From Azolla caroliniana (Eukaryota; Plantae; Polypodiophyta), in the NCBI GenBank assembly GCA_043228905.1, contig JBHGNT010000010.1:7626001-7690000 (forward strand): 64,000 bases of DNA, in the 5' to 3' direction. This document shows, in pieces, positions 38,475 through 52,300 of the stretch. Position 1 is the first letter of the stretch. Every line of letters starts with the position of its first letter. A model generated the notes under the pieces. The model worked only from the letters and a program-made list of their open reading frames with translations, was not told the DNA's origin and searched no databases. The position numbers were made by a program, and so were the translations under genes.

Positions 38475-39418
38475 TTTGTTGTTGTGTCTTCCTTTTTGTC
38501 TCTTCTTCCTTCTGTCTCGTAGATGTGCTACGTGGCGGCACTACGGTAGCGGTTGGCCGTAATTTGTCGTCGTCGTTTCGAATACACAATCACGAAGAGT
38601 CAGGTGGGCTTAGTGGATATGCTAAAGCACACGCTCTGATACCATGTTAAGAATTAGGTAAGTAATTAAGCAATGATTAATTAGTACCTAATTATGTGAT
38701 TAGTTGATAAGTGGAAGATTATGTGATATATGTGTGTATGTGTGTGAGAGGAAGAGAGAGAGAGAGAGAAAGAGATACACTTATGAACAACACAAGATGA
38801 GGGATGAGTAAGTATATTAAATTAACATTATCATCATCATCATCAAATACAAAAATACCCACAATGAGGTATATATACATCTCATGTGCAAAGGTGCACA
38901 TGTGTGAGTAGAATATAGGTACTAATGTGTAAGTCCTATATTAAATGTACTTAGGAGTGGAGGATCTAGAATATTCCACTGTTGTTCGGTCGACAATTGC
39001 TATTTTGCCAACACAATATAAGACGAACGTTTGTCTCGAACGTTCTATCAAGAAGTTGTGGTTAGATGAATAGATATGAATTAGCTGTAAACTTATCGGT
39101 GATAACAGACCCCGAGATCGTGACTTATGCAATATAGCTTAGACAGAAATAAACAGATGACAAGAAGTAATCCATACACAGAGATTTCCTAAACAAACTT
39201 TATATTCCTAAATACAACGATAGATTTTTACAATGCCTTCGGTTCCTTTTATAGGTAAACCCGAAGGTCTTTTCTCATCAAGAAATCCTACTGCTTATAC
39301 TTAACAAGAATTACCAAAACTTCATAACTAACTATGTCCTATTCGGCTATTTGCTGAGTCATCAATCTGAACTATCGATTCGCCTCCGACTCCGAATATC
39401 TTTCCGATACCGACACAT

Positions 39419-41426
39419 TCATACTTGACCGGGTAACACTTGGCACGCCCATGGGCCAGGACGTTGTCCGGCGAACCCACAAGACCCCTTTACTCCTGCT
39501 GCTTTGAGGAATGATCTTCCTCCATCTCCAAATCCTCGTCTGCGTCGTCCTTTAAAATGTCGAATAATGAGGGTTTTGCCTCTGTGTTGCGATGCCTTCC
39601 TCGTTTTCTTCTTCATCTTCGATATCCTCCCCGTTGTTGTTTTCTTGTCAGGTTCCTTCCATCGATGGGCTTGGCTCCGCTTCTATTCCTGCTTCCGGTG
39701 CCCCGAGTCCAGGTGTTTTGGTAATTCTTTAGGCTTTGATATTGTCTATCTCGACGGATGTCTCGACATCATGCTTGTCGAATTCCTACATGATTTTGTT
39801 AATTTCTTCTTTAAAATAAGCCGCCATGTCGTATAGGTCCTTAGCAATATCTTCCTGAACTGTGGTCACTGCTTCTTCCGACATCTTGAGGAAGCCCTTG
39901 CCCTAAACTTTCCAATTTTCTCTGTCGGCTCTTAATAGCTGAAGCTCTGCGGCTTGTGCCGACCATGTTTGCCAACCCTTCTCCAGTGATTCATTGACCA
40001 ATTTTAGGGTGTTAATTCGGTGACGTCTAATGATCGCTTGAACCCTGTCCTGAGCCATTCTAGCCTCAAACTATGTTGTTGCCAATGTTTTCCGTAAATC
40101 AATTATTACCACATTGGTCTGCCCTTCTGCCTGCATCAGTTTAGCTTGTGCCACTAAGAGGTCAAGTTGTCGTTTCTCAGAGACTATTTGAATTTCTGCA
40201 CATTGGTTTTCTAGCTTCGCTTTCTCTTCATTCCAGTTGTTTTGCTGTTGAATAATTTTTTCGTTGATTTCGTCTATTAGTTTGTCTTTACCCGCCAACT
40301 GTGTTGTAAAACAAGTCTCTTGGCTTTTGACATACTCTTCCAGTTCCTCGACTTGTTGCCTTGTAGTCTCTTGTTGTTGGGCTAACTATTGGCGTAAATC
40401 TTGTATTACATTATCCTTTTCCCCTAAACATCTGTTGGCCATCGTTTTTGTCGACTGTAATCGAACCTCCATTTCCCTAAATCGGTCCCCAGTCTCTTTT
40501 GCCTTAATTTCTGCCTCCCTTCGTGCTTGTTCAGCTTGGTACAACCTCTTTTGTAATTCCGAATCCGTCTCCAAAGGTTGTCTTTGTGACTCTGGATGGA
40601 CTATCTGTTCTCTCGCTTTTCCTAGAGCCACCTATTCTTCTTGCAGTTTATTTTTCAATTGCTGATTTTTTGCCTGCATTCGTTTATATTGTGCATTAAG
40701 CACATCTGCAGCTGTTGTAGCCTGTTTGTATAATTCGGCCATATCTACAGCTCTACAGTCGGAAATAATACCGATAACCAGCGAGCAAAATTTGGCTTCA
40801 TTGGTTTTCCTTTCCGAACTCTGTTTAGTTGCTCTCTCAGAGCATCTGCCTACAGTAGCCCCCAATCGAAAGCTTCGCCTTCATAAGCGGCGATAATAAA
40901 TTTGGTCCTCTTTTTGGGCATACAGTAGAATTTGGGATTAACAAACCCTACTTCCAATAAAAATTTTGCAACTTCATGAAAAAACACATCCCTACCTCCT
41001 TGTGTTTGATACGCTTTGGGAGAGGACGAATATTCACCGAAATAGGACCGCAAAACATCCTCTTTGACCTTGTTGACAGCGTCGAACCCACCTCTTGGCA
41101 TCTCCAACACGACCCATCCCTTCTTATTCGTGATCGTCGAAACATCGATTTCTGCCAACAAAGCTTCCGCGTTCGGGTGCGGCTCTGTTTCTGCGACTTT
41201 AAAAAATACTTGTTTTATTGTGAACGAGCCAGCGGCGCAAGTTGTCAGATACGACAATCGGCATGTTGTCGTCGTCGATGAACAGATCGTCACTCAGTGA
41301 GGGCTGTGAGAACTGTTGTGGGCTATGGCGAGAAAAATCAGAAAACCTGTGAACTCGAATGCGTTTCTGCTTCTGTGGAGAAATAGTCATTACAGAAATA
41401 GGTTTTAAGAGATGAATTTTTTGCAT
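39419..41426 (-). pseudogene. 3' accessory ORF of C
   Basis: YFGEYSSSPKAYQTQGG..FIIAAYEGEAFDW (40850-41293) followed by coiled-coil ORFs. Confidence 0.78.
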
Positions 41427-41689
41427 GATGCCTAGGGAATAAAAGTACTATTAATGCTGTAATGACTAGGCGTACTAGTGGAGTGATGGCTAGAAATAGT
41501 AATAATGACTAATAGAAATACGCCTCCACCACTTTTACTTATAATCTTTTGAAATTACTCCAAGAATCTCTTCGTGAGAGTTAGTTATGATTTGGCAAGA
41601 AAATATTCTATAGTTAGTTAGTTATTTTATTTTATTTTACTTTTCTTCCGATTCATCTTTGAATGGATTTTCCGGCATATGTCCACGAT

Positions 41690-44600
41690 ATGGTTTAAGC
41701 CGAAAACCATTGACCCATTTCGGTAAAATATCACCTAATAGAGTTCCCAGTTGATATGTACTTTACTGTTCACAATCCAAACTGGTCCCGCCCATCTATA
41801 CCGAAGTTTTCCTGGCATTGCCCCCATCTTGGTCTGGAAAACTAGTACCGGTTTCCCGATTCCGAATTGCGATTCGGTTTTCCGTCAATGTCGATTTACA
41901 AATGCCTTGGTTTGCCTTTGCTTGTGCTCTAAAGCTGACATAGCTTGTAGTCGGTCTTCTTCTAACAGTAATAAAGATTCCTTCCGAATTTGCTCTGATT
42001 GTAGTTCATTTAATTTTTCAATTGCTTGTATTCGGAGTGTCAGAATCTGGAATTTGATTGGCATCACTGCTTCCAATCCAAAAGCCATTCGGAAGGGTGT
42101 TGATTTGATAAATGTTTTGTACGACGTGCGATATGCCCATAAAGCACTATGCAACTTTTGATCCCAGTCCGTACGATTCTCATTTACTATCTTTTTGAGT
42201 ATCGTCTGGAGGGTTTTGTTTGCCGACTCCGCCAATCCATTCGCTTGTGGATAGTAAGGGGTGCTTTTCTTATGAACCACTACATAGTAGGTAGACAATT
42301 CATGAACAAGTTTGTTAATGAAATGTGTACCTTGATCGCTCACTAATTCTATTGGGCAGCCGAATCGACACCATATACTTTCGTACAAAAAAATTTCTGT
42401 TGAAGTTGCCGTATTATCCCTAAGAGCTTTAACTTCTACCCACTTTGTACAATAGTCAGTAGCCACTATAATATATCTATTGCATGTTCTTACTGTTGTC
42501 GTTGTCCTGCCTTTCGGCGCCAGATCGTTGCGTGAGTCGGGTGGGAACCACTAGGGTTTTGGACTAGGAAGAGGAAGAATTTGAGACGATTATTATAAAC
42601 TTGCGAATCCCACAAGTATAATATATTTTATTAATGAGTATTTAGATAAGAATATGTATTTAGTTTGAAAGAAAGAGATTAAAAAGAACTTGTGAATCCC
42701 ACATGTATAGATTATTTCGTGAATCCCATGAATATAGTTTGTTAATTGGTGTTTTAGGAAATATATCCAATTTCCAAATAATCCACACACCCCTTACATT
42801 GTGCTCCCCCCTCCTTATGTAGTTATGAGGGAGTCTTAGCAATCCATGCTTTTTCTTCTCTAACTATAGACTCCATGCTTTTCCTATAGATAGACTATAT
42901 GCTTTATCTAAAGTGATCATGCTTTTTCTAACTTGTGTGTTTTTTATCAACTATAGCGTTCATGCACACTAGATGTGCATGCGTAGCTTTTTCTTTTAGC
43001 ATGCATTTTCTTTTAACTAAAGTTTATCGGTTATTTATTTATTCAATCGGTTATTTTATATTATTTTCACGTAGTATACGAAATACACTACGACACCGGT
43101 TTGAAAGGGCCTCCAAAATCCAAACCCCATTTCTGGAAAGGTTCAAGAAGTAACACCGGTTGAAATGGCATTCGGTCCCTTTTTGTCGGTTGTCCCATAC
43201 GCTGGCATAAATCACATTTCCGACAATATTCGATCGTATCCTTCATCATTGTAGGCCACCATAACCCACTATTCCATATTTTTCGTGTTGTGGTTTCCCC
43301 AACATAGTGTCCTCCTGCAATTCCACAGTGCGATTCCCGAAGAATGACCGATTTTTCGAATTGCCGTACTTTTCTTCTCCAAATACCATCTGCTCCTTTA
43401 TGATACATAGTATCGTTCAAAAGACAAAAATTACGACTCCTTACTACCGGCCTTTTTCTTTCGTCTGTTGATAGATGTTCGGGTGGCAACCCCATTGTAA
43501 GAAAGATTGCCATTTCTGAGATCCAACCATCCTCACTTTCTTCATTTACACCTTGTGCATTTACTGCTTCCACTCGAAAAAGCTAACCATCCGGAAAATC
43601 ATCCTTGACGCCTGTGCCTTCTTCTCCTGTCTCCAGTCGACTGAAATAATCGGCCGCTACATGCTGTTCTCCTGGCCAATGTAAAATGTCAAATTCGAAT
43701 TCTTGGAGAAGAAGAGTCCATCTTGCTAACTAGCTAGTTAACTCTTGTTTCGAGACCAAATAAAGGAGAGCCGAATGATCAACATGAAATGTAAACGTTT
43801 TCCCCAAAAGATAGTGTCGGAACTTATTGACACTATAGATCATTCCTAAAGCTTCCCTCTCAGTGGTAGAGTAATTTGTTTCTGTTGTCGAAAGTTTCCG
43901 ACTCGCATAGTAAACTGGCCTATACCAATTCGGTTTGGTTAATTGAATTAATACACTTCCGATTGCGATGTCCGATGCGTCGACAAAAACATGGAATGGC
44001 TTATTCCAATCAGGTGGTTGAACGACTAGAACTTTGGACAACATTTTCCTCAGACAATCATAGGCATCCTATTCGACACTTTTCCACTGAAAAGGAACCT
44101 TGTGTACTGTTGTATGTAAGGGAATGGTGATATCTGCAAGATATCTTATCATTCGGCTGTGCCACCGAATCTGCCCCAAAAACCGACTCAGAGCTTTAGA
44201 ATTTGTGGGTGCCGGTGGTTCGAGTATGGCTTTAACCTTGTTAGAGTCCACTGCAATTCCTTCCTAACTGACAATATGGCCTAATAATGTGCCACTAGTG
44301 ACCCTGAATGCACATTTAGCCGGATTTAAAATAAGTCGGCCTTCCCGAGATTTCTCCAAACATAGTCGTAAATGCTCAAAATGTTCGGTTTTTCGACTAT
44401 AAACAACAAAATCATCCAAAAATACTTGCATAAAGGCTGGAATGTAATTCCCAAATATTTCCTGTATCACTCTTTGAAATGTTGTCGGAGCGGTCTTCAA
44501 GCCAAACATCATTGCTACTGCAACAAACACTCCCCATTCTGTAACAAAAGTTGTCTTTTCCTGATCTTCTGGATTCATCGAAACCTGATTATAACCACTA

Positions 44601-45806
44601 AAACCATCTAGGAAACTATATACTTCATGGCCAGCTACCACATCCAATATACTATCCGTAAATGGTAATGGAAACACGTCTGTAACGGTAGCTGCATTTA
44701 ATTTCCAGTAGTCGACACATACCCGAATTTTGCCATTCTTTTTCGAAACCACGACGATTGGACTTAACCATGTCGATTTTTTCACCGGATGAATAAACCC
44801 TACTTTCAAAAGTTTATCTATTTCTTCTTTAACTTTAATAGCATAATTAGGATTTAATCGGTACCTGCTTTGTTGAACTGCCTTTGCATCCTTATGAAGG
44901 TTAATTTGATGTTGACAAAAAGCTGGATCTAGTCCCTTCATATCTTCAAAAGACCAGGCAAAGACATCCTTATATTGCTTTAATAATGCGGTTAACCTTT
45001 GTTTGTCCGCTTCTACCATTTCCTTAGTAATGAGTACTATTTTCAACTCATTGTCCCCATTTCCTTCTACCAAATTTATTTCCTCCAATGCTGAAGCTTT
45101 AACTCGTTGGGACACTTTCATCTCTCTATCGGTAGCTTCTTGTTGGAGTCGTATTTCCTTAATTGCTTGCTCATCTATATGCAATTCCTCCTGGGAATCC
45201 ACATAGGGCGTCAAGGCTTGTAAAATATAGACTTCAAACAAAGGAATGACATTCAGATTATCATCAAAATACTAATTTTCTTTGACCTCATCTAATCCTT
45301 CCATCATATTGACGGACTCAGTATATACAAGCAAACACTGTTTGCTTGTCGCCACCTTGTTCTGTGTTGAAACCCGAATTTTCGTTTTGCCTTTTCTAGA
45401 TGTTAGTTGATTCTGATTCCAATTCTGCTTGATGTTAGCAATTTTTAACCACAGACGTCCTAATAACAAAGGATATGCACCAAGAGCTTCCAAATGAAGA
45501 ATAATTGCTGATATCAGAAAACTATGGCGGAGTAACCCAATTGGTCATACCGTAGTGGTATCCGCCATTCTAAGCCAAAATGGGCAAGCTTCCCATTTAG
45601 TAATTCCTAACCTATCACAGGTGGTTTTATTAATGACATTCACTCCTAAGCCACCATCGATAATCGTATTTTCGATTTCCTAACCCTGAATTATTACCTT
45701 AATTTATGGATTTTGCTCATCCATGATTGAAGGACTATTGCTCGACTGACTATAATTTATTGATACTTGTTCTGACCCCTTTTGGGCAATCAATGTCGCT
45801 ACTTTT
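41690..45806 (-). pseudogene. pol: pol of C (PR-RT-RH-IN), interrupted by K
   Basis: ORFs 45272-45493, 44264-45241, 43730-44044, 43088-43573, 41885-42466. Confidence 0.92.
42503..43095. mobile_element. ~600-bp insertion K, probable solo LTR (start 42497 or 42503)
   Basis: AT-rich non-coding segment with TGTC...CGACA ends splitting C integrase at GPFKP|..VRTCNRY; TSD imperfect (TCGT/CCGG). Confidence 0.7.
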
Positions 45807-46407
45807 TGTTAATCCTTAGGGCCAGACAATGGCCTAACACAGGGTGTCTCCGGAAGACACTTCACCAAAGGGGTGTTACGGCGAGCTAACTTAAGACACA
45901 ATGATTAATCCGACTTAATTGGCTACTTAGCAATAAGGCATTCAATTAATACACACGTAAGATATAACAATTAATACAAAACGGTAATCAATACGTGAAG
46001 ATAAAACAAGAAGCTTATATTAATTCTCCGTTAAAGTTATACATTGTAACCGGGTCTTTATATAGGTCACCGATGCTTCATACAAAACGGTGCCAACCGA
46101 CACCTGTTCGAAACCGGTGAGGATCCGGATCGGCATATCGATTCTGGTCTGTCCATTCACAACATACTTATAATCTACTTTACTTAATTAGAATATATTC
46201 CGAATAACCATCCCTTTCACATTTTGGTCTCTGCTCCTTTGTCGGCCGGGTAACACATGGCACGCCTGTGGGACAATACCTTGTATGTTGAATCCCACTA
46301 TCCGGCCCTTAGCCTTCGTCCAAGCTATCCAGAATACTCTGCTCCAGGGTATCCAATGGTTGTTCGGAACTCTATTGTTGCTACTACTACTACTGCTGTT
46401 GTGGCTG

Positions 46408-49086
46408 CTATGGCTGCGGCTCCTCCGACTGTTGCTCCTGAGAGGGCGTCTGCTCGGCTCCCGGTACCAGCGGTTGTGGTAGTGATTCCTCCGTTAGCTG
46501 CTTCGTTGGATTTGATTCCGGTTGACTCGCCCCGGCCTTGTCTCCATCCGGTCCTTTCTCCAGTGATGGCTCCTCATCGCTAAGGTTGACGATCGCCACC
46601 TGCTTTGCTTCTTCTCTCTGTAGCCTGGTCCGCTCATAGCTCTCAAACTGTATTTGAGCATCCAGTCGATCATCATCTAGCTATGCTACAAGTTACCGGA
46701 CCACTGCTGACTGCTCCTCCGCCAGAGTTACAAAATCGTCGACTAACTCATCTCTTACGGCGGTGAAGTCCTCCTTTGTTAGCATGTAGCAGTCGTCGGC
46801 ATCCTTCTGCAAGTTTTCCGCGTCCGCCCGTAGCAACTGGAGCTCGGTTGTGTGCTTTGCCCATTTGTCCCACCATTGCGCGGAGCTTTCGTCAATCAAG
46901 CGTTTGCCCTTGTTCCTCCATGCCTGGACAATGAACTGGATCTGCTCCAATCCCATCTTTGATTTGTCCTCCGCGGCTTCCCGTTCGTCCTTCAACTGCT
47001 TGATGAGTGCCACCGTATCCACCTCCTGCTCCCGATAATGTGACAGTTGGGTTTGATAGGTGTTCTGTAGCCTTTGCAAGACCATCGTTGCTCTTTCCTT
47101 CTCTTCATAATGCTGCTTATGGAGCTCCATCCGTTCTTCTGTGGCTTCCTCTAGCAGCGTGGTTCTTTCAGCCCGTTCCTCCGCCAGCACCGTCTCAACT
47201 CGATGCACCTCCTGCCGGAGCTTTGCCATCTTCTCCTATTGTTTCTTATGTTCTGTATCTAGGTGCTTGTAGTCCCAGTGCAGGTGCTCAAAATCATCGG
47301 TCTTCTGCTTCAGCTTTTGGTTAAGTTGCCGGCGAGCGCGGTTTTCCTGATCCTTTTGTTGACGGAGTTCTTCTTTAAGTCTTTCGATCTCGGTTTCCGC
47401 CATCCGTCGCAGCTTCTCCTTTTCTTGTAGCGCCTTCTCTTTCTCCTCCTTCAGCAAGTCATAGGCCTGATGTCCTTTCCGCAGATTCTCTTCTGCCGGA
47501 CGGAGGTTCTCAGCAGTCTTTCGTTGCTCTTCTTTTGCCACTTTCTTCAAGTCCCGCTCGCGGGTGCGTAATGCTTCCTGTGCGGCCAATTCATCTCTCA
47601 GTTCAGCAAGTTCTTTTGCTTGCGCCGCCACTATCTCCGGGACTAGTTCCGTCTCCGGGGTCTTATTGCTATGTACAGGTGTCAAGGTTTCTTTATTCTG
47701 TACATCGACCGGAGTCACCGGTGCTTGGAGCTATGGTCCGGTTAAGGCGATTTTGGCCAATTCTTCTGTGGCCAGGTCCAAGTCTTGTTCTAGGCTCCAG
47801 ATCCTTGACTGGGCCGTCTCTAGTTCTCCGATTGTGATGAGCAACCGGTCCATCTGCGCTTTCTTTTCCGCCTCGACGTAGTGTACTACGCTGGCAATCA
47901 GTTCTCCAATCCACCGGAGCCATTGGCTGCTGGTGCCTTGTTGTTGCGTCTACACAGAGGGTTGGCTGTTGGTGTCGTTGGCCAGTGGTCGGTTTTGTCC
48001 GGTTGCGTCGAGCTGCAACTCTGGCTCTTGTTGGTGACCACTTTGCCTTTCTAGTTGCGGCTCCGTTGGCCGCTCTGCCTCTGAATGCTCTTGGCATGCC
48101 GGTGGGGTAGGCAATTGTACTTCCGGCGCTTGAATTTCGGGTCTTGCGATATCCGGACCCACCGGTAGAGGTTGTTGTGCAGGGAGCTCTGTGACCAGTT
48201 CTGTCCGAACTGGTTTTGGCTCCATCCTTGGTGCGGGCTGCTCAGTGCGGGGTACAGGCGTTCCATCCTTCTTTGGGTCTGAACGCTCCCTGGCATGTTC
48301 GAAGGTGCTTGCCTTCTAGCGCCGTTGGAGGTGCTCTAACGGTTCCTCCTCCGCTTCCTCATCTTGAGTCCCGATGTTGATTTTCGCTGCCAAGGGGTCC
48401 GGTGCTTGTTGAACCGATCGGCTACGCCTGATCTTGATTGGCCGTACCGGTGGCTCCTCCTGAGTTTCCACCTGCCGCTTCCTATTGGCGCGCTCCTTTG
48501 CCGCTTGGTCCATGTCGGCCACCTTCCCTTTGGTTTCCTTAGAAGCCAACAACTGCTACCGTTTCGAGGCCGTTTTCGGGTGCCTTTGGTTGGTCTTCCC
48601 CGCTTCGTGGTCTTGACGGGCTCGATACGTGGCGCCAATAGGGCGAGCCATTGCGCCACTGCCGTCCATATCTTCCGACCCTCTTTGCCTCTGACAGACT
48701 CGATGGCCGCACAAAGGCCATCCGCAATCAGTATCGCCCAGTCCACCTTTACGCCTTCATATGTGGCTATGATTAAGCCGGCCCGGTTCTGGGGCATGCA
48801 TGGGGGTCGAGGGTATACATGTCCAAATTCATGGAGTACACGGGCAATCTCTCGAAAGAGTGGATCTTCGTCGCCCTGTGTCTGGTAGGCCTTGCTTGGC
48901 TGCTTTAGAGAGTGCTTGGCAGTCCATGGCTTCGTCGAGGTCGGTGAGCGCTGCTGAGGGTTGTGTGTGAGGAGTCTCTGTGTGCATGGGCTCGCGTCTG
49001 CTGATCTTCAATCGCCTGTTTGCGTTTTTGCTCCTTTGTTCACGAAATGTGAGGGTTTCTATGTGGTGGGGGTTTTCTTGTTGCAT
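46408..49086 (-). pseudogene. 3' accessory ORF of D (conserved domain plus coiled coil)
   Basis: MPQNRAGLIIATYEGVKVDW (48336-48797); heptad-rich 47236-47718 and 46693-47229. Confidence 0.8.
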
Positions 49087-49315
49087 GTTGGCGCCTGTTT
49101 TTCCTTACCCGCGCGTGTGCACGTCGTGTACTAAAATAGAATGTCGTGCCATGCGGCGGCGGTTTAATACCCTATTAATAGCTCACTATGTACCTTTTCA
49201 AAGTGCCTGTTCACTCCTTGTTTTTGCATGTGTCCGTTCACCCCTCGCCCTTGCATGATTTACTTTGATTTTATTTGATTTGATTTTATTTATTTTTTAT
49301 ATAAAAGTGGTTTTG

Positions 49316-52300
49316 CTAATTCGGAACTGGTCCCACTGGACCCCTATCCGGATTGTGGTCCTTGCGGGCCGTTGGACTGCTTGCCGTCGCTTCCGACTTA
49401 CTGGTGTCCGGTTCTGTATCGCCCTTCATTTGTTCAAATGGGTTTCTTCGCATGGGTCCATTGTATGGTTTGAGTCGGAACCCATTGACCCATTTACCCA
49501 GAACCTCGCCGGCAAGTGTCCCTAATTGGTAGGAACCGTTGAACTCACGCGTAATCCAGTATGGTCCGGTCGACCGAAACCGTAGCTTTCTCGGCATCTT
49601 ACCCATCTGGGTCTGGAACACGAGTACTGGCTTACCGATTCCGAACATCTTTTCGTTCCCTTTTCGGTGACGATCCACGAACGCTTTCCTTCGCCGCTGC
49701 TCCAGTTCTAGGTGCATGATGCTGGCTAGCTGGTGTTCTTCCAATTCGCACAGCGCTTAACCGAATCGGTTCCAATTCCTTCTCATTTAGGCGTTCCCGA
49801 ATCTGTATTCGTAAAGTCGGTACCTAGAATTCTACCGGCATCACTGCTTCCAATCCGAATGCTAGGCGAAACGGTGTGGTGCGGATACTCGTCTTATATG
49901 TCGTTCAGTAGGCCCAGAGCGCACTGTTCAACTTTGTATCCCAATCCGTTCGGTTCTCATTGACGATTTCCCGCAGGATGTTGTGTAGTGTTTTATTTGT
50001 TGACTTTGCTAATCCGTTGCCTTGCGGATAATAGGGAGTGCTCCGTTTGTGCACCACCGCATAAAATGTCGTCAAACTTTCCACTACTTGCCCTAAGAGG
50101 TGCCCACCTTGGTCACTTATGAGCTCTATCAGACATCCATACCAGCACCAGATGCATTCATATAAAGATTTTGTCGTGGATGCCACGGTGTTGTCGCGTA
50201 GTGCTTTCACTTCCACCCATTTCGTGTAGTAATCCGTAGCGAAAATCACGTACCGGTTGCCGGTTCTCATGGCCGGTGGTTTGAATGGACCGACAAAATC
50301 CAGCCCCCATTTCTGAAATGGTTCTAATGGTAGCATGGGCTGGTAAGGCATTCTGGCTTGTTCGGTTAGTTGGCCCATTCGTTGACATAGGTCACATTCT
50401 TTAGCGTACTGGACTACATCCTTCAATGTTGTCGGCCACCATAGTCCGCTCTACCATATTTTCCTTGCCGTAGCGTCTCCGGCATAATGTCCTCCAGCCA
50501 CACCGCAGTGTGCTTCGAGCAATATTATTCCCTTTTCGTCGTTGCGCACTGCACGACGCCATATGCCATCTGCGCCTTTGTGGTACAGTGTGTCTTGTAA
50601 TAGGCAGTAGTGTCGGCTTTGAAGCTAAGAGTTTCCTTTTGTCTCTGTTCATCTCCTCCGGAGGTGAACCGGTGCTCAGAAATTGGTGCATGTTGGTGAG
50701 CCACTTGTCTTCCTCTGTGACCGTACTATCGGATGTCGTTTCTGTTGTGACTCTAAACAGCTCTGCATCCGGAAAGTCGTCTGGGACTCCGTCACCGGTT
50801 TCGCTGGAATCTAACCAGCGTAAATAGTTTGCTACCGCATGTTGTATGCCAGGTCGGTGGAATATCTCGAACTCGAATTCTTGCAATAGTAACGTCCACT
50901 GGGCCAGCTTACCGGTGAGTGATGCTTTGGACACCAACTAGAGAAGTGCCGAATGATCTACGTGAAAGGAAAATTTCCTTCCCAATAGATAGTGTCTAAA
51001 CTTGGTGACATTGTAGATCATACCCAAAGCCTCCCTTTCCGTCGTGGAATAATTACGTTCTGCTTGGGACAGCTTCCGGCTGGCATAATAGACTGGCCGG
51101 TACCATTTCGGCTCTGTAAGTTGCATCAACGCGCTTCCGATTGCGATGTCGGACGCGTCAACGAACACATGGAACTCTTTAGACCAATCCATAGGTTGCA
51201 CCACCGGCACTTGTGACAATAGTACTTTTAGTGCCCGATAAGCCTTGTCTTCTGTGTCCGTCCATCGAAAAGGTGTCCGATGTACCGCGGCATGCAGTGG
51301 TGTAGCCAGGTCTGCCAAATACCGGAGCATTCGGCTGTGCCACCGAATTTGTCCTAAGAACTGGCTTAGTGCCTTTGTCGTGGCTGGTGCCGGTGCCTCC
51401 AGGATTGCTTTTACTTTGTCCGAATCCACTGCGATACTGTCCTTGCTCACTATGTGGCCCAGTAACGTTCCGTTGTTTACTCCAAACATGCATTTTGCCG
51501 GGTTCAGGCTTAGTCGGTATCCCCTACATTTCTCTAGACATAGTCGGAGATGCTGAAGGTGATCCCCTTCTTGGCTATAAACAGCGAAGACGTCCAAGAA
51601 CACCTGCATGAATGCCGGAATGAATTCTCCAAAAATCTCCATGATCATACGCTGGAAGGTTGCCGACGCCGTTTTCAGTCCGAACATCATCACTACGGCA
51701 ACAAAGACTCCCCACTTGGTGACCAAAGCGGTTTTCTCCTAGTCGGTGGGGTGCATCCGGATCTGATTATAGCAGTTGAAACCGTCCAGAAAACTGTAGA
51801 CCTCATGACCGGTAACCGCATCCAGGACTCCATCCGTGAATGGAAGTGGGAAGGCGTCTGTTACCATAGCCGCATTCAATTTCTGGTAGTGGACGCACAC
51901 TCTTATCTTACCGTTCTTTTTGGGTACTACGACTATCGGGCTGAGCCATGTGGCTTTCTTTACCAGTCGGAAGAAGCCCACTCTTAGCAACTTGTCGATT
52001 TCTTCTTTGACTTTTGCTCTGTAATTGGGGTTCATCCGGTAACACCGTTGCGCTACCGGTTTGGCGTCTTTACTCAGATGTATCTGGTGTTGATACAACT
52101 GAGGATCGAGTCCCGACATGTCCTCGTAGGACCAGGCGAACACATCGCGAAATTCTTTTAGGAGTGTGATCATTATCGTTTTGTTCTACGGGGTCATTTC
52201 CTTGGCGATGTGCACCGATCTTGTGGCCTCTGTGGTACCTAGGTTTACCTCTTCTAGTTGGGATGCTTTCACGCGCTGCGATACTGCCATTTCTTTTTCT

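Noticed and set aside
46408-49086. Retroviral-type env gene or captured host myosin-like gene
   Set aside because: No signal peptide or transmembrane segment is visible; the coiled coil sits at the same position in three elements, so it is element-borne.
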